DNA of 64,000 bases, taken from Nitrososphaeraceae archaeon (GTDB lineage: Archaea > Thermoproteota > Nitrososphaeria > Nitrososphaerales > Nitrososphaeraceae). Position 1 is the stretch's first letter, and every line of letters begins with the position of its first letter. Below, one piece after another: positions 40,739 to 51,044 of this stretch. The stretch is taken from NCBI GenBank assembly GCA_035297365.1, contig DATGZA010000014.1:1-64000 (forward strand). Reading direction: 5' to 3'. The translations under genes were made by a program, and so were the position numbers. A model generated the notes under the pieces. That model did no database searches, had not been told where the DNA came from, and saw only the letters and a list, made by a program, of their open reading frames with translations.

Positions 40739-41611
40739 TCATTTTTTGTTGTTTAATATATTCATAAATTTATACATTTTCTCATATGAATCTTTGAGAT
40801 CATGACATTTTTGGAGAGAAGATTTAATATTTGTTATATTTCGAAATAACTTGAATTCATTTTTGTCATTGATTAATTCGTTATATTTTTGGTTAATTTT
40901 GAAATAATTCAATAATTCTTTTTTAAAGAAATGATTATCAAAAAAAAGTGAATTAATTAAGTCAGGTTCATCATTCAAAATGCTCTCAGAAAGAATACAC
41001 TGAATTTTAAAGGTAGTTCCTCCAAAAGTCAATAAATCATAATAATTCTTCTCGTGTAAAACATCAGCAAATAAAATATTTACATAATGAGTAAGGCCCA
41101 ATACAACTGCCATCATCTGATCATGCAGACTTACATTTTTAACCTCTAAAATATTTGATTTAGGAAACATATTCTTAACTACTTTAATTTCATTTTCCCG
41201 ATTTCTTATTGGAATAAATAAAACCTTTAAAGCCTTCTCTCTAGACGCTCCTGGACCAAACATTGGATGTATACAAATAGGAACAATAAAATCTGAGATA
41301 ATTCTTAACTCTCTAAAGGATTTATTTTTTAAAGATGAAATCTCGACAAGCTTAGATGAAGGTTTCATTAATTTAGAACATGTTTTTATCATTTTGGGGA
41401 TGACTCTCAAAGGAACGCAAAGAATCACAACATCAGAAGTTTCAACACATTGTTGAAGACTATTTTCAATTATAATGTTCGGAAAATTTCCTAACGAATT
41501 AGTTCTTATATCATATGCTTTTAGTATTACATCTTTTCTATGAAGAAAATATTTTATGAACCAAGATCCCATCTTTCCGCTAGCGCCGATTATGGATATC
41601 TCTGTTTTCAT
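40739..41611 (-). CDS. tyrA: Prephenate/arogenate dehydrogenase
   Basis: GASGKMG, EISSLK, IHPMFGP, HDQMMAVVLGLTH. Confidence 0.92.
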   Translation of the reverse strand: MKTEISIIGASGKMGSWFIKYFLHRKDVILKAYDIRTNSLGNFPNIIIENSLQQCVETSDVVILCVPLRVIPKMIKTCSKLMKPSSKLVEISSLKNKSFRELRIISDFIVPICIHPMFGPGASREKALKVLFIPIRNRENEIKVVKNMFPKSNILEVKNVSLHDQMMAVVLGLTHYVNILFADVLHEKNYYDLLTFGGTTFKIQCILSESILNDEPDLINSLFFDNHFFKKELLNYFKINQKYNELINDKNEFKLFRNITNIKSSLQKCHDLKDSYEKMYKFMNILNNKK

Positions 41612-41617
41612 TAAATG

Positions 41618-43003
41618 TTAACCTTGAGTAAGAATTCTTTCCATTATATCTAATCCCTCATTTAATACAGTTTCTGGTTGACATGCGGATATTCGTATAA
41701 AGTGCTTATAAAAGCTACCAAATCCACTTCCGGGAGCAATAGCAACTCCGTTTTCTAATAATTTTTCTACCAAAGCCATATCGGATTTATAGACATCTGA
41801 GAGAATTTTGGGATATACGTACATTGCACCATCAGGATATACAAATTCCGTCCTCATTTTTCTTATTCGTTTGGTGATCAAATCGATACGGGATTTAACT
41901 AAATCTACATTATCTTGGATACTGCTTTCTAAAGCGCTCAACGCACAATATTGCATTGGTTCTGCCACCGAAGTAATAGAAGTAGCTTGTACTCCACTCA
42001 TCTTTCTAATTATTTCTTTATCAGATATCGCGTATCCCACTCTGAATCCAGTCATACCAAAAGTTTTGGAAAAAGATGAGATTGTTATTTTTTTGCTACA
42101 TTCATACTCTAACAGACTAGTAAAATCTATGAAAGAATAAGCCGAATAGACTTCGTCACTAAGTAAAAATAAGTTATAATCTTTTGAAATAGATACAATC
42201 TTGTCAAGAATGTGTTTTGGAAGTATTTTTCCCGTTGGATTGTTCGGATAATTTAATATTATCATTTTTGTGTTAGCATTAAGCAGATTTTCAAGTTTTG
42301 AAACATTTGGAATCCATTTATCTTCTAATGATGTTTTTAATGATCTTATTTTTACCCCAATAAAGTCTGCACATTCTTTATACGCAGGCCAAGATGGTTC
42401 AATATTTATCAATTCGTCGCCTGGTTTTAAAAGAGAAGTAATAGCGCAAAATACTGCAAATCTACCACCAGGAGTAACCAATACTTGTTCAGAATTCGTA
42501 CCAAATCCTATTCTTTCTGCTATCGCATTTCGAAGTCTTGGTATTCCAGAAATTTCTGTATAATGATATTTTTTATCATCATATATTTTTAATAGTTCGT
42601 TTCTCACGGATAACGGAGGAGCATAATCAGGTTCGCCTACTTCCAAATGGAAAATATTCTGACCAAGATTTTCCATTTCCTTAGCTTTCATGAAAACTGC
42701 CATATGTGGAGATATTTTGTGACTATCAGATTTGCGATTTTGAACTTTCACTGACTCTAGTAATAGAATATTCAATAACTTACCGGAAAATTCTAAATCC
42801 ATCCCAAGTTCTTTAGCAAGTTTAATTATTGATTCCTTTATATCATTCTCTACTTGTTCATCTTCCACATCAATAGAGAGCTCTTGTTTTACATTACCAA
42901 TTCTTTTTGCAATCTCCATTCTATTATGAACTAATCTAATTATTTCGTTAGTAACTTCCTTAATTTGATTCCGCAAATCACTTAGTTCTTCTGAATTACT
43001 CAT
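41618..43003 (-). CDS. Chorismate mutase (AroQ) fused to a class I/II aminotransferase
   Basis: N-terminal LSDLRNQIKEV...RMEIAKRIGNVK; GEPD, NYPNNPTG, SDEVY, SFSKTFGMTGFRVGY. Confidence 0.9.
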   Translation of the reverse strand: MSNSEELSDLRNQIKEVTNEIIRLVHNRMEIAKRIGNVKQELSIDVEDEQVENDIKESIIKLAKELGMDLEFSGKLLNILLLESVKVQNRKSDSHKISPHMAVFMKAKEMENLGQNIFHLEVGEPDYAPPLSVRNELLKIYDDKKYHYTEISGIPRLRNAIAERIGFGTNSEQVLVTPGGRFAVFCAITSLLKPGDELINIEPSWPAYKECADFIGVKIRSLKTSLEDKWIPNVSKLENLLNANTKMIILNYPNNPTGKILPKHILDKIVSISKDYNLFLLSDEVYSAYSFIDFTSLLEYECSKKITISSFSKTFGMTGFRVGYAISDKEIIRKMSGVQATSITSVAEPMQYCALSALESSIQDNVDLVKSRIDLITKRIRKMRTEFVYPDGAMYVYPKILSDVYKSDMALVEKLLENGVAIAPGSGFGSFYKHFIRISACQPETVLNEGLDIMERILTQG

Positions 43004-44107
43004 TTAAACACCTCGTAACACGTTTGGAATAAATCCACATTTAATACCATGATCTCCCAATGTAAGTGATACTATACTCTCAACAACAGGTGGAGCTCTC
43101 GGAACAACACAAGGATCGTGTCTTCCCGGTACCTGCAAATCCACAAGAGATTTTGTAGCAAAATCAAATGTTTTCTGTATCTTTGCTATAGAAGCTGCAG
43201 GCTTAAATCCTATCCTTATAATTAATGGCATTCCAGTAGATAAACCTCCCAAAATACCTCCAGAATTGTTAGTGAGGGTGATTATTTTACCTTTCTCGCT
43301 AACGAATAAATCATTATTTTCTGAACCTAATTTTCTAGTCGCTCCGAAACCAGAGCCAAATTCGACTGCCTTAACAGCAGGTATACTGAATAACGCTTTG
43401 CTTAAATCAGATTCCAACGACGAAAAGACTGGTTCTCCCAGACCCACAGGGATACTCGTGCTAACACATTCTATAATCCCCCCAATTGAATTTCCTGATT
43501 GTCTTGAAGTAAGAATAGCTTGTTTCATTTTTTCGGCTGTTTTCTGATCTGGACAACGAACTTCATTCGTATATCTATTCTTTTTAGCCAATTCAAAAGA
43601 AACGTCAGGAGATTTTATACCACCTATTTCAATAGTATAAGCTATGGTTTCTATTCCTAAAGTTTTTTTTAGCAATTTTTTAGCTATAGCCCCTGCCATA
43701 ACATAACTGGCGGTAAGTCTTCCTGAAAATCTTCCACTCCCCCTATAGTCACCATACCCCCCGTATTTTACCATAGCAGGAAAATCCGAATGACCTGGTC
43801 TCGGTATATTTTTTATTATATCATAAGGACGAGAATCGGAATCCTTATTCCAAATAATCATACATACAGGAGCACCGGTAGTATACCCATTAAAAGTTCC
43901 TGAAAGAATCTCTACTTTGTCATCTTCTTTTCTCTGAGTTGTGATTGCTGATTGTCCAGGCTTTCTTAGATCTAGATCTGGCTGGATATCAGATTCAGAT
44001 AATTCTAGTCCTGCAGGACATCCATCGAGTATCGCTCCGACACATTTTCCATGACTCTCACCAAAACTAGTAACAACAAGTCTTTCTCCTAGACTATTTC
44101 CTACCAT
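43004..44107 (-). CDS. aroC: Chorismate synthase
   Basis: FGESHG, PRPGHSD, SGRLTA, NNSGGILGG, GRHDPC. Confidence 0.97.
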   Translation of the reverse strand: MVGNSLGERLVVTSFGESHGKCVGAILDGCPAGLELSESDIQPDLDLRKPGQSAITTQRKEDDKVEILSGTFNGYTTGAPVCMIIWNKDSDSRPYDIIKNIPRPGHSDFPAMVKYGGYGDYRGSGRFSGRLTASYVMAGAIAKKLLKKTLGIETIAYTIEIGGIKSPDVSFELAKKNRYTNEVRCPDQKTAEKMKQAILTSRQSGNSIGGIIECVSTSIPVGLGEPVFSSLESDLSKALFSIPAVKAVEFGSGFGATRKLGSENNDLFVSEKGKIITLTNNSGGILGGLSTGMPLIIRIGFKPAASIAKIQKTFDFATKSLVDLQVPGRHDPCVVPRAPPVVESIVSLTLGDHGIKCGFIPNVLRGV

Positions 44108-44199
44108 GATATCAAATCATAAATTACTAAACACCTTATATAATGACTTTTAATAGATTGAAATCCGGATTTGAATCGTGACTGGATAATTATGAATAA

Positions 44200-45498
44200 T
44201 CAATCAAGGGTATTCACATTGGCTCCTAACTTTTTTAACTCGCTAATGAAAGAAGGATAGGACACATCAACAGATTCAGCGTCTGTTACGATAGATTTTT
44301 CGGTAAGAAGAGAGGCAATGGTAAACGCCATGAATAACCTATGATCATTATGAGAATCGAGTTTAGCATTTTTTATTTTTTTTGTGGGTTGAATTGTTAT
44401 TTCAGTCTGTTTTTCAGAGACATTTACTCCCAACTTTCTTAATTCAGAAACAATGTTAGATACTCTATCTGTCTCTTTTAATCTAGCGTGAGATATACCA
44501 TATATCCTCATACGTGATTTTGCTTTTAGAGAAAGGATAGAAACAACCGGCAAGAGATCCGGTGTGTTTGTTAAATCATATTCGATTCCATCCAATTCAT
44601 TTGAACCACAGACCACCAAGTTTCCCTTTTCTTTATCTACTATAATATTTCCACCCATTTTATCAACTACATCAATAATTTTTTCATCGCCCTGAGTCAA
44701 TCCAAAATTTAAACCCTGAATGATAATTTTTTTTCCACACAATATTCCTGCCGCGATTAGAAGGGATGCTGAAGAAAAATCTCCAGGTACTGTAAAACTA
44801 GTACTTCTGTAATTACTTTTGGGTATTATATATTTTGAATAGCTAGAGTCATATTCTATTTTAACTCCAAATTTTCTCATTGTTTCTATAGTTGAGTCAA
44901 TATAAGGGGCAGAGACCTGTTTGCCCTCAATTTTTAACGTTACTTCGGATTTAGCATAAATACATGAAATTAATAATGAGGAGATAAATTGACTAGAAAT
45001 TTTACCATTGACAATTACAGTCCCTCCCTGTATGCCTCCACCTTTGATGACTAGAGGCGGAGTTCCGAGATTATTAGTTGCAAAACATTCAACTCCAAGT
45101 TGATTCAAGGCAGAAATTAATGGTCTCATAGGTCTTTTTCTTAGGCTCTCATCTCCCGTTAATACTGTATAGCCATTTTTTACTAGCGCACACATAGAAG
45201 CTAATATTCTAATAGTTGTTCCTGAATTTTCTGTATTGATTACATCCTTTGGTACTTCGAATTCATGTCGTCCACGAATAGATATTGAATCAATTTTGTC
45301 GGACTGTTCAATTTCCACTCCAAGCATTTTGCAACCATGAATAGTTGCTAGTGTATCTCTACTTACTAAAGGATTTTTTATAACAGATTTGTTATCTGTT
45401 AATGAAGCTATCGCAATGGCTCTATGAGTATAACTTTTACTAGATGGGCATTTTATTTTACCATTAAGAATTGATCTTTCTATTTTAATATTAACCAA
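44200..45498 (-). CDS. aroA: 3-phosphoshikimate 1-carboxyvinyltransferase (EPSP synthase)
   Basis: SKSYTHRA, ENSGTTIR, SSQFISSLL, KETDR, HNDHR. Confidence 0.97.
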   Translation of the reverse strand: MVNIKIERSILNGKIKCPSSKSYTHRAIAIASLTDNKSVIKNPLVSRDTLATIHGCKMLGVEIEQSDKIDSISIRGRHEFEVPKDVINTENSGTTIRILASMCALVKNGYTVLTGDESLRKRPMRPLISALNQLGVECFATNNLGTPPLVIKGGGIQGGTVIVNGKISSQFISSLLISCIYAKSEVTLKIEGKQVSAPYIDSTIETMRKFGVKIEYDSSYSKYIIPKSNYRSTSFTVPGDFSSASLLIAAGILCGKKIIIQGLNFGLTQGDEKIIDVVDKMGGNIIVDKEKGNLVVCGSNELDGIEYDLTNTPDLLPVVSILSLKAKSRMRIYGISHARLKETDRVSNIVSELRKLGVNVSEKQTEITIQPTKKIKNAKLDSHNDHRLFMAFTIASLLTEKSIVTDAESVDVSYPSFISELKKLGANVNTLD

Positions 45499-46345
45499 AT
45501 ATTTTTTCTACCGTTGCTTTTCTATTATTAACTTTACAAATGAAAGTTCTTCCATATCTTTCTAGATTGACTTTCACATTATCAATATTTTTTTCTTTAA
45601 CAATGACGGCGACAGAGGGACCATTCCCTGAAATAGAAGCAGATAAAGCCCCACTTTCAATAGATGTAATTATCGGTTCATAATCATATGACATGATTGA
45701 GGATACTAATGCTCCATTTAACTTCATTGCTGTCCAATAGTCAAGTTGCTCTGCTAACTCAAATGCTTTGTTGAAAAGATCTGGGAAAGATTTTAATTTT
45801 AAAATATTTTTTCTGTAAGTGTTATTTGGAATCAATATAATAACTGAAAGTTCCTCCGGACCATTTTCCCTACGTATTAAAGTATTAGAATAATTATCAG
45901 TCAAAACAATCCCTCCAAAGTAACAAGCAGTAGAATCATCGAAAGCCCCGGTCATTGTTACCTTCGCCAAACGACATGACTCAATAGCGGTATTTAGTAT
46001 ATTAAGATCATTTAACTCATCATTTAAAAGTCCATAACACGCTAAGGATACTGCGGAAGAAACAGCACTAGAACTTTTAAGACCGAATCCTATAGGTATT
46101 TCAGAATAAATTGACAAGTGTATATCATTGTCTTTTCTAATTTGTTTTGGTATTACTTTATCAATAATGTAAGTAAAAAGGTCGTTATTTCTTCTCTGGA
46201 ATATTATTTTTCCTTCTCCTTTCATCAAACTAATTTTTGCAGTAGTTTTGAGGGAAATTCCTAAAGCCGAACCTTTTCCCGTTGCGACCGCATTTACGAT
46301 GGAAACTGCGCCGTGAACTGTGGCCTGACAAGATAAAGGAATCAA
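45491..46345 (-). CDS. aroK: Archaeal (GHMP-type) shikimate kinase
   Basis: HGAVSIVNA, GLKSSSA, TGAFDD, SGNGPS; start refined to TTG 46345, overlapping the aroE stop (TTGA). Confidence 0.92.
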   Translation of the reverse strand: MIPLSCQATVHGAVSIVNAVATGKGSALGISLKTTAKISLMKGEGKIIFQRRNNDLFTYIIDKVIPKQIRKDNDIHLSIYSEIPIGFGLKSSSAVSSAVSLACYGLLNDELNDLNILNTAIESCRLAKVTMTGAFDDSTACYFGGIVLTDNYSNTLIRRENGPEELSVIILIPNNTYRKNILKLKSFPDLFNKAFELAEQLDYWTAMKLNGALVSSIMSYDYEPIITSIESGALSASISGNGPSVAVIVKEKNIDNVKVNLERYGRTFICKVNNRKATVEKIFG

Positions 46346-47217
46346 AGTGGTTCTCCAAAAACTCCTAGTAAGGATTTTTTCATGACATCCAGGGGAGCAT
46401 CTAAACCAGTCCATATCTTAAATGCTTGGGCGCCTTGTTCCAAGAGCATTTCATAGCCATATATTACAGTCGCACCGGCTTTTCTTGCATTTTTTATTAA
46501 ACTAGTGTAAATAGGGCTGTAAACGATGTCATAAACAATGGTATTTTTACCAATATATTTTGAAGAGACAGGACTTTCCTCATAATTTAATCCCAAGGAC
46601 GTAGCATTAATTATAAGATTAGAACCAGATGTTACATTTTGTAAGCTATTAAGTTCCTGAAAATTACAATTCAACCCCAATTTAGAAGCATGTTTTAAAA
46701 GTTTTAAGGCATTTATTTTTGAGCGGTTAATAACAGTCACCTTCAATATACCACTTTCTCGTGACAAAGCTGTAATGATGGCATAGGCTGCTCCCCCTGC
46801 TCCCAAGATTAACACTTTCATACCATTAAATTTGATATTACGGTTATGAAGAGGTCTTACAAAACCGTATACATCTGTGTTGTATCCTATGAATTTACCA
46901 TGAGTATTTTTAACTGTGTTTACAGCACCAGATTGAGAGGAGGATTCATCCAGCTCATCCATGTATTTTATTATATCAATTTTATGTGGAATTGTGACAT
47001 TAAATCCAGATATATCAATTGATCTTAAAGATTCGACAGCGCTTTTTAATTCAAATTTGGGAACTCGATAAGAGATATAGGAACTATTGATCCCAAGCGC
47101 TTTAAAGGCTGAATTATGCATAATAGGAGATAGAGAGTGATCAATTGGATCACCTATTACACAATACATTTTAAATTTAGAGGACATGACATGAGAAATG
47201 TCTTTCGATCCTTTCAT
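46342..47217 (-). CDS. aroE: Shikimate dehydrogenase; start probably at a downstream Met
   Basis: GDPIDHSLSP, NVTIPHK, GYNTD, GAGGAA, MLLEQG. Confidence 0.95.
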   Translation of the reverse strand: MKGSKDISHVMSSKFKMYCVIGDPIDHSLSPIMHNSAFKALGINSSYISYRVPKFELKSAVESLRSIDISGFNVTIPHKIDIIKYMDELDESSSQSGAVNTVKNTHGKFIGYNTDVYGFVRPLHNRNIKFNGMKVLILGAGGAAYAIITALSRESGILKVTVINRSKINALKLLKHASKLGLNCNFQELNSLQNVTSGSNLIINATSLGLNYEESPVSSKYIGKNTIVYDIVYSPIYTSLIKNARKAGATVIYGYEMLLEQGAQAFKIWTGLDAPLDVMKKSLLGVFGEPL

Positions 47218-47872
47218 AAATTTGTCGCATCTCTTTTACTGAAAGTTGACCAGGGGCTATGGGTTTTTGCAATGAAGCATAAGAAAAAGGAGAATTTCCT
47301 ACCAATGTGCATAAAATTCGAGATATTATTCCCAAATCACCCATTGCAAAGGAAATTAATTTGATATCAGGATATTTATTATAAAGATCCAATAAACGAA
47401 GTGCATCACGTGCGCTCTTGGCCATTGTTACAAGCTTGAGAATGTTACTATACGATTTCATTTTTTCAATTTTTGCTTCAAGTTCAGAGTCAGGAGGTGT
47501 GCATTCAAAATTGTGCCATGACACCAACAAACTACTTGAATTATTATGTAAATAATCGTAAAGAGATGGATTGCTATCCAATGTAGAAATCTCAACATCT
47601 ATAAATAAAGGATGAGAATCAGAAAGAAACTTCAATAGATCAATTCTTTCCTTTTCGTTACCAGAAAATTTTCCTTGTTCTGCATTTGAACGAATGGTAA
47701 ATACCGATTTGGATTTAAAAGGATAAACTATTTTTATAGCTTTCGCAATTTCTGATTTATCTAAAAAATCAAAACGGATTTCAAAAAAATCAGCCAAGTA
47801 TAATGCTTTTTCAAGAAGATGTTTTAATTGCTGTAACGAAGTTGCTGCTATAGAAACACATATTTTTGTCAA
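47177..47872 (-). CDS. aroD: Type I 3-dehydroquinate dehydratase
   Basis: EIRFD, SWHNF, LKLVTMA, FAMGDLGIISR, APGQ. Confidence 0.93.
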   Translation of the reverse strand: MTKICVSIAATSLQQLKHLLEKALYLADFFEIRFDFLDKSEIAKAIKIVYPFKSKSVFTIRSNAEQGKFSGNEKERIDLLKFLSDSHPLFIDVEISTLDSNPSLYDYLHNNSSSLLVSWHNFECTPPDSELEAKIEKMKSYSNILKLVTMAKSARDALRLLDLYNKYPDIKLISFAMGDLGIISRILCTLVGNSPFSYASLQKPIAPGQLSVKEMRQIYERIERHFSCHVL

Positions 47873-48055
47873 CGATGATTTTCAATCATATTTCTTATTT
47901 AGAGATTTACAAGTTTTTGAAAATATTTCACTTTATCCAAGAAAGAATATTGCTAGAGACAGTAAAACCAATGATTTCGTTCAAATATGTTGGATTATTA
48001 GAATCGGAAAACTAAAAAAATTGGCTTTTGGGATTCACAAATAATATAAATAAAA

Positions 48056-48946
48056 TTATATGCTATGGTGTGAACGAACCTTTTTCCAGTTGGCTATCAA
48101 TGCTTCTGATCTAATATGTATAGGTTCACTCAAGCGTGAGCGAGCTAACTTTACGTAGTCATTTATAATATCTACTCCAATAAAGTGACGTTGTAGATGA
48201 AAGGCTATTTTTGTGGTCTGACCGCTTCCGTTAAATGGATCCAAAATTAGATCCCCTTCATAAGAATATAATTTCATGAGCCTATAGGGAATTTCTTCTG
48301 GAAAAGGACATGGGTGGTCTATATATCCTGGGGGGATAGGTGCGATATGCCATACAGAATTAGCTATCTCCTTTGTCCATTCTTCATGAGTTGCAGGTAG
48401 AGTTTCCTTCCTTTCTGTTCTTCCACTATTCACGTTACCCTTACGAAGGACTAAAATAAATTCATGCATTATGTTTGCCCTATAATATTTTGGATAAGGA
48501 TTGATTACAAACGATCCATAACGGTTAGTACCTCCAGTAACTTTATGCCAAATAATTTCTTCATGGAGATTCCACTTACCAAATGGCTCAACTAGCTGGG
48601 ACAAAACCATATGAGGAAGGGCTAACAGAGTACCATTTACTACTTCATTAGCTATTACTATACAACAATAACCACCTTCTTTAGTGGCATTGAAAATTTT
48701 ATCATTAAAAAGAGATATCATTTCATTTAGATATTCTTGAGTATCTATGTTGCTTTTTCCTCTATAGTATGAACCATTTTTTGAAACATGGGCGTTATAA
48801 TCTATGGCATTCCTATACGGTGGCGAAGTAATAGTTAATTGTACTGAATTACAAGGAAGTTTAGATATAATTTCCTTACAATCTCCTGATAAAATTTTAT
48901 CGACATAATTCTTAATGCGCATAATAAAAAATGTAATTACCCTCAA
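48056..48946 (-). CDS. Orphan beta-class DNA amino-methyltransferase (m4C/m6A)
   Basis: Motif IV TSPPY precedes motif I LDPFNGSGQT; HPCPFP; no restriction endonuclease nearby. Confidence 0.9.
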   Translation of the reverse strand: MRVITFFIMRIKNYVDKILSGDCKEIISKLPCNSVQLTITSPPYRNAIDYNAHVSKNGSYYRGKSNIDTQEYLNEMISLFNDKIFNATKEGGYCCIVIANEVVNGTLLALPHMVLSQLVEPFGKWNLHEEIIWHKVTGGTNRYGSFVINPYPKYYRANIMHEFILVLRKGNVNSGRTERKETLPATHEEWTKEIANSVWHIAPIPPGYIDHPCPFPEEIPYRLMKLYSYEGDLILDPFNGSGQTTKIAFHLQRHFIGVDIINDYVKLARSRLSEPIHIRSEALIANWKKVRSHHSI

Positions 48947-49087
48947 TATTCAGAATACTTTAAAATTATCGACCAGAAGATTAATAATTTTTATCTTTAA
49001 ATCCAGTTGTACTTATATTATAAATGAAATGATTAGTATTATCATCACTATTCAATAAAAAGATAATTTTGTTAAACAATAAATAAA

Positions 49088-50158
49088 CTACTTTTCTAAA
49101 ATGAATTCACCCACTTCCATGCCGAAATGCCTACCAGTTGCTTGTTTTAAGATACCCAATACTTTGTCACCTTTCTTAATAGAAGTAACTGGAAGCAGAT
49201 CTCCATTTTCACGTATAAATTGAATAGTTTCTGCATTTTGTACAATAACATTACCTTCTATACCATCAGCAATAGCTTTAATTAATTTTAATGGTCTTGT
49301 TTCTATTTTACATCTACCCACAGATACTACCCTCGAATTACCTTCTCTATTAACTATAAGAATTTCCGTGCCCGATTCTAATTCAGAGAGATATTTAGTT
49401 GTGCCGTTTGGAAGAGCCGTATAACAATAGACTGCGCCGGCATTTACTCTGAAAGGTCGTGGTGATGTAAATGATGATCCCGAGGATTCATTATGTAATA
49501 GGAACATAAAGTTTGACTTACTACCAACTAACATTCCTTCTCCCTTTTCTAGTATAGAAACAGTATCGACACAAACCCTCTCTCCAACTCCAACATCCTT
49601 AACTTCAATGATTTCACATGACTTCATAATGACGTTCTTCTTTTCCAGGTATCTTTTAGATTCCTTTATTTCCTCCAAATTTCCAGTTGAGAGTATAACC
49701 CCATCTACCCCCAATTCCAATACAGAAAACATTGTCCTTACTTCATCAGAATTTTTTGCCATAGTGATTATCTTGGTGTTTGTATTTTGAAGATTTGCTA
49801 TAATATTTTCTAATGGAATTATCTTCCAATCAGCTGTGTCAATAATAACATAATTCGCACCCAATGATTCTGCAGTCTGAATATCTACAATATCATTATT
49901 GGAAAGAACTTTCTTATAGTATGCTAGAAATTTACCTGACTCTTTATTCTTTTGCAAGAGAGCATGCGTTTGACATATTATAACATCAGCAGCATTGGAT
50001 TCATAAATCGTCTTAAAATTTTGACTTCGATTTAATAATGGATCGATATAGAATAAGTTTATACCATTCATACTAATTATAGCATCTAGGAACTTCTTAA
50101 GATCTGAATCATTTACTGTAGGTTTGATAATCAGTTCTTTACCTTTTGTTTTTTCCAA
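49088..50158 (-). CDS. aroB': 3-dehydroquinate synthase II
   Basis: DWKIIPLENIIA, GERVCVDT, RPFRVNAG, VQNAETI, GRHFG. Confidence 0.95.
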   Translation of the reverse strand: MEKTKGKELIIKPTVNDSDLKKFLDAIISMNGINLFYIDPLLNRSQNFKTIYESNAADVIICQTHALLQKNKESGKFLAYYKKVLSNNDIVDIQTAESLGANYVIIDTADWKIIPLENIIANLQNTNTKIITMAKNSDEVRTMFSVLELGVDGVILSTGNLEEIKESKRYLEKKNVIMKSCEIIEVKDVGVGERVCVDTVSILEKGEGMLVGSKSNFMFLLHNESSGSSFTSPRPFRVNAGAVYCYTALPNGTTKYLSELESGTEILIVNREGNSRVVSVGRCKIETRPLKLIKAIADGIEGNVIVQNAETIQFIRENGDLLPVTSIKKGDKVLGILKQATGRHFGMEVGEFILEK

Positions 50159-50948
50159 GATTTCTTAATACCTCTGTAGGATTTTTCTCTTTAATAATAA
50201 TTTCATATAATGCTCTAACTATTGATGGGGGATCTCTGTGCTGAAAAATATTTCTGCCAAAAGTTACACCCATTGCACCTGCTTTAATTGCACTTGAACA
50301 CATTTCAAGAATGTCTAAATCAGTTTTTGCTTTTGGACCACCAGCAATCACCACAGGTACTGGACAACTTTTTATGACAGATTTAAATGAATCGAGGTCT
50401 CCTGTGTATACGGACTTGACTATATCAGCGCCTGCTTCTGCTCCTATTCTAGTAACGTGAGCAACGACGTTTGGATCATAAGGGTTTTTTACGTTTTCAC
50501 CTCTTGGGTACATCATAGCTAACAATGGAACACTCCACAATTGGCACTCATCTGAAATCATTCCAAGGATTTCCAGCATTTCTGGTTCCTCCTTTGCACC
50601 TATGTTTATATGAATAGAGACCGCATCAGAACCTAAACGTATCGCCTCTTCAACACTTCCCATCAAAACTTTCTTATTTGGATAGGGACCTAAAGAAGTA
50701 CTAGCTGAAAGATGGGTAATTAAACCGATATTTACAGGTCTTGCCATGGATTTGAGGATTCCTTTATTAATAATTACTGAAGTCAATCCAGAATTCTCAC
50801 ATTGGTAAATCATACGATGAGCATCTTCCAAACCCTTTATGGGGCCATCAGTTATTCCATGATCCATAGGAATACATAACATTTTTCCATCTTTTGTAAT
50901 TCGGTTTATGCGAATGTCTCTTCCAGAGACCATAGGATTGAAGGACAT
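50139..50948 (-). CDS. aroA': 2-amino-3,7-dideoxy-D-threo-hept-6-ulosonate synthase (DhnA-type aldolase)
   Basis: PMDHG, MYPRG, GADIVK, VIAGGPK, GRNIFQ; adjacent to DHQ synthase II. Confidence 0.9.
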   Translation of the reverse strand: MSFNPMVSGRDIRINRITKDGKMLCIPMDHGITDGPIKGLEDAHRMIYQCENSGLTSVIINKGILKSMARPVNIGLITHLSASTSLGPYPNKKVLMGSVEEAIRLGSDAVSIHINIGAKEEPEMLEILGMISDECQLWSVPLLAMMYPRGENVKNPYDPNVVAHVTRIGAEAGADIVKSVYTGDLDSFKSVIKSCPVPVVIAGGPKAKTDLDILEMCSSAIKAGAMGVTFGRNIFQHRDPPSIVRALYEIIIKEKNPTEVLRNLGKNKR

Positions 50949-51044
50949 AATTGAGCTACTTAAAGTAATCTACTAATTTCTTAAATTAGAAAATCTTCAA
51001 CATTAAGTATCTTTTAATATATTATAAAATAATTTAATGAACCT

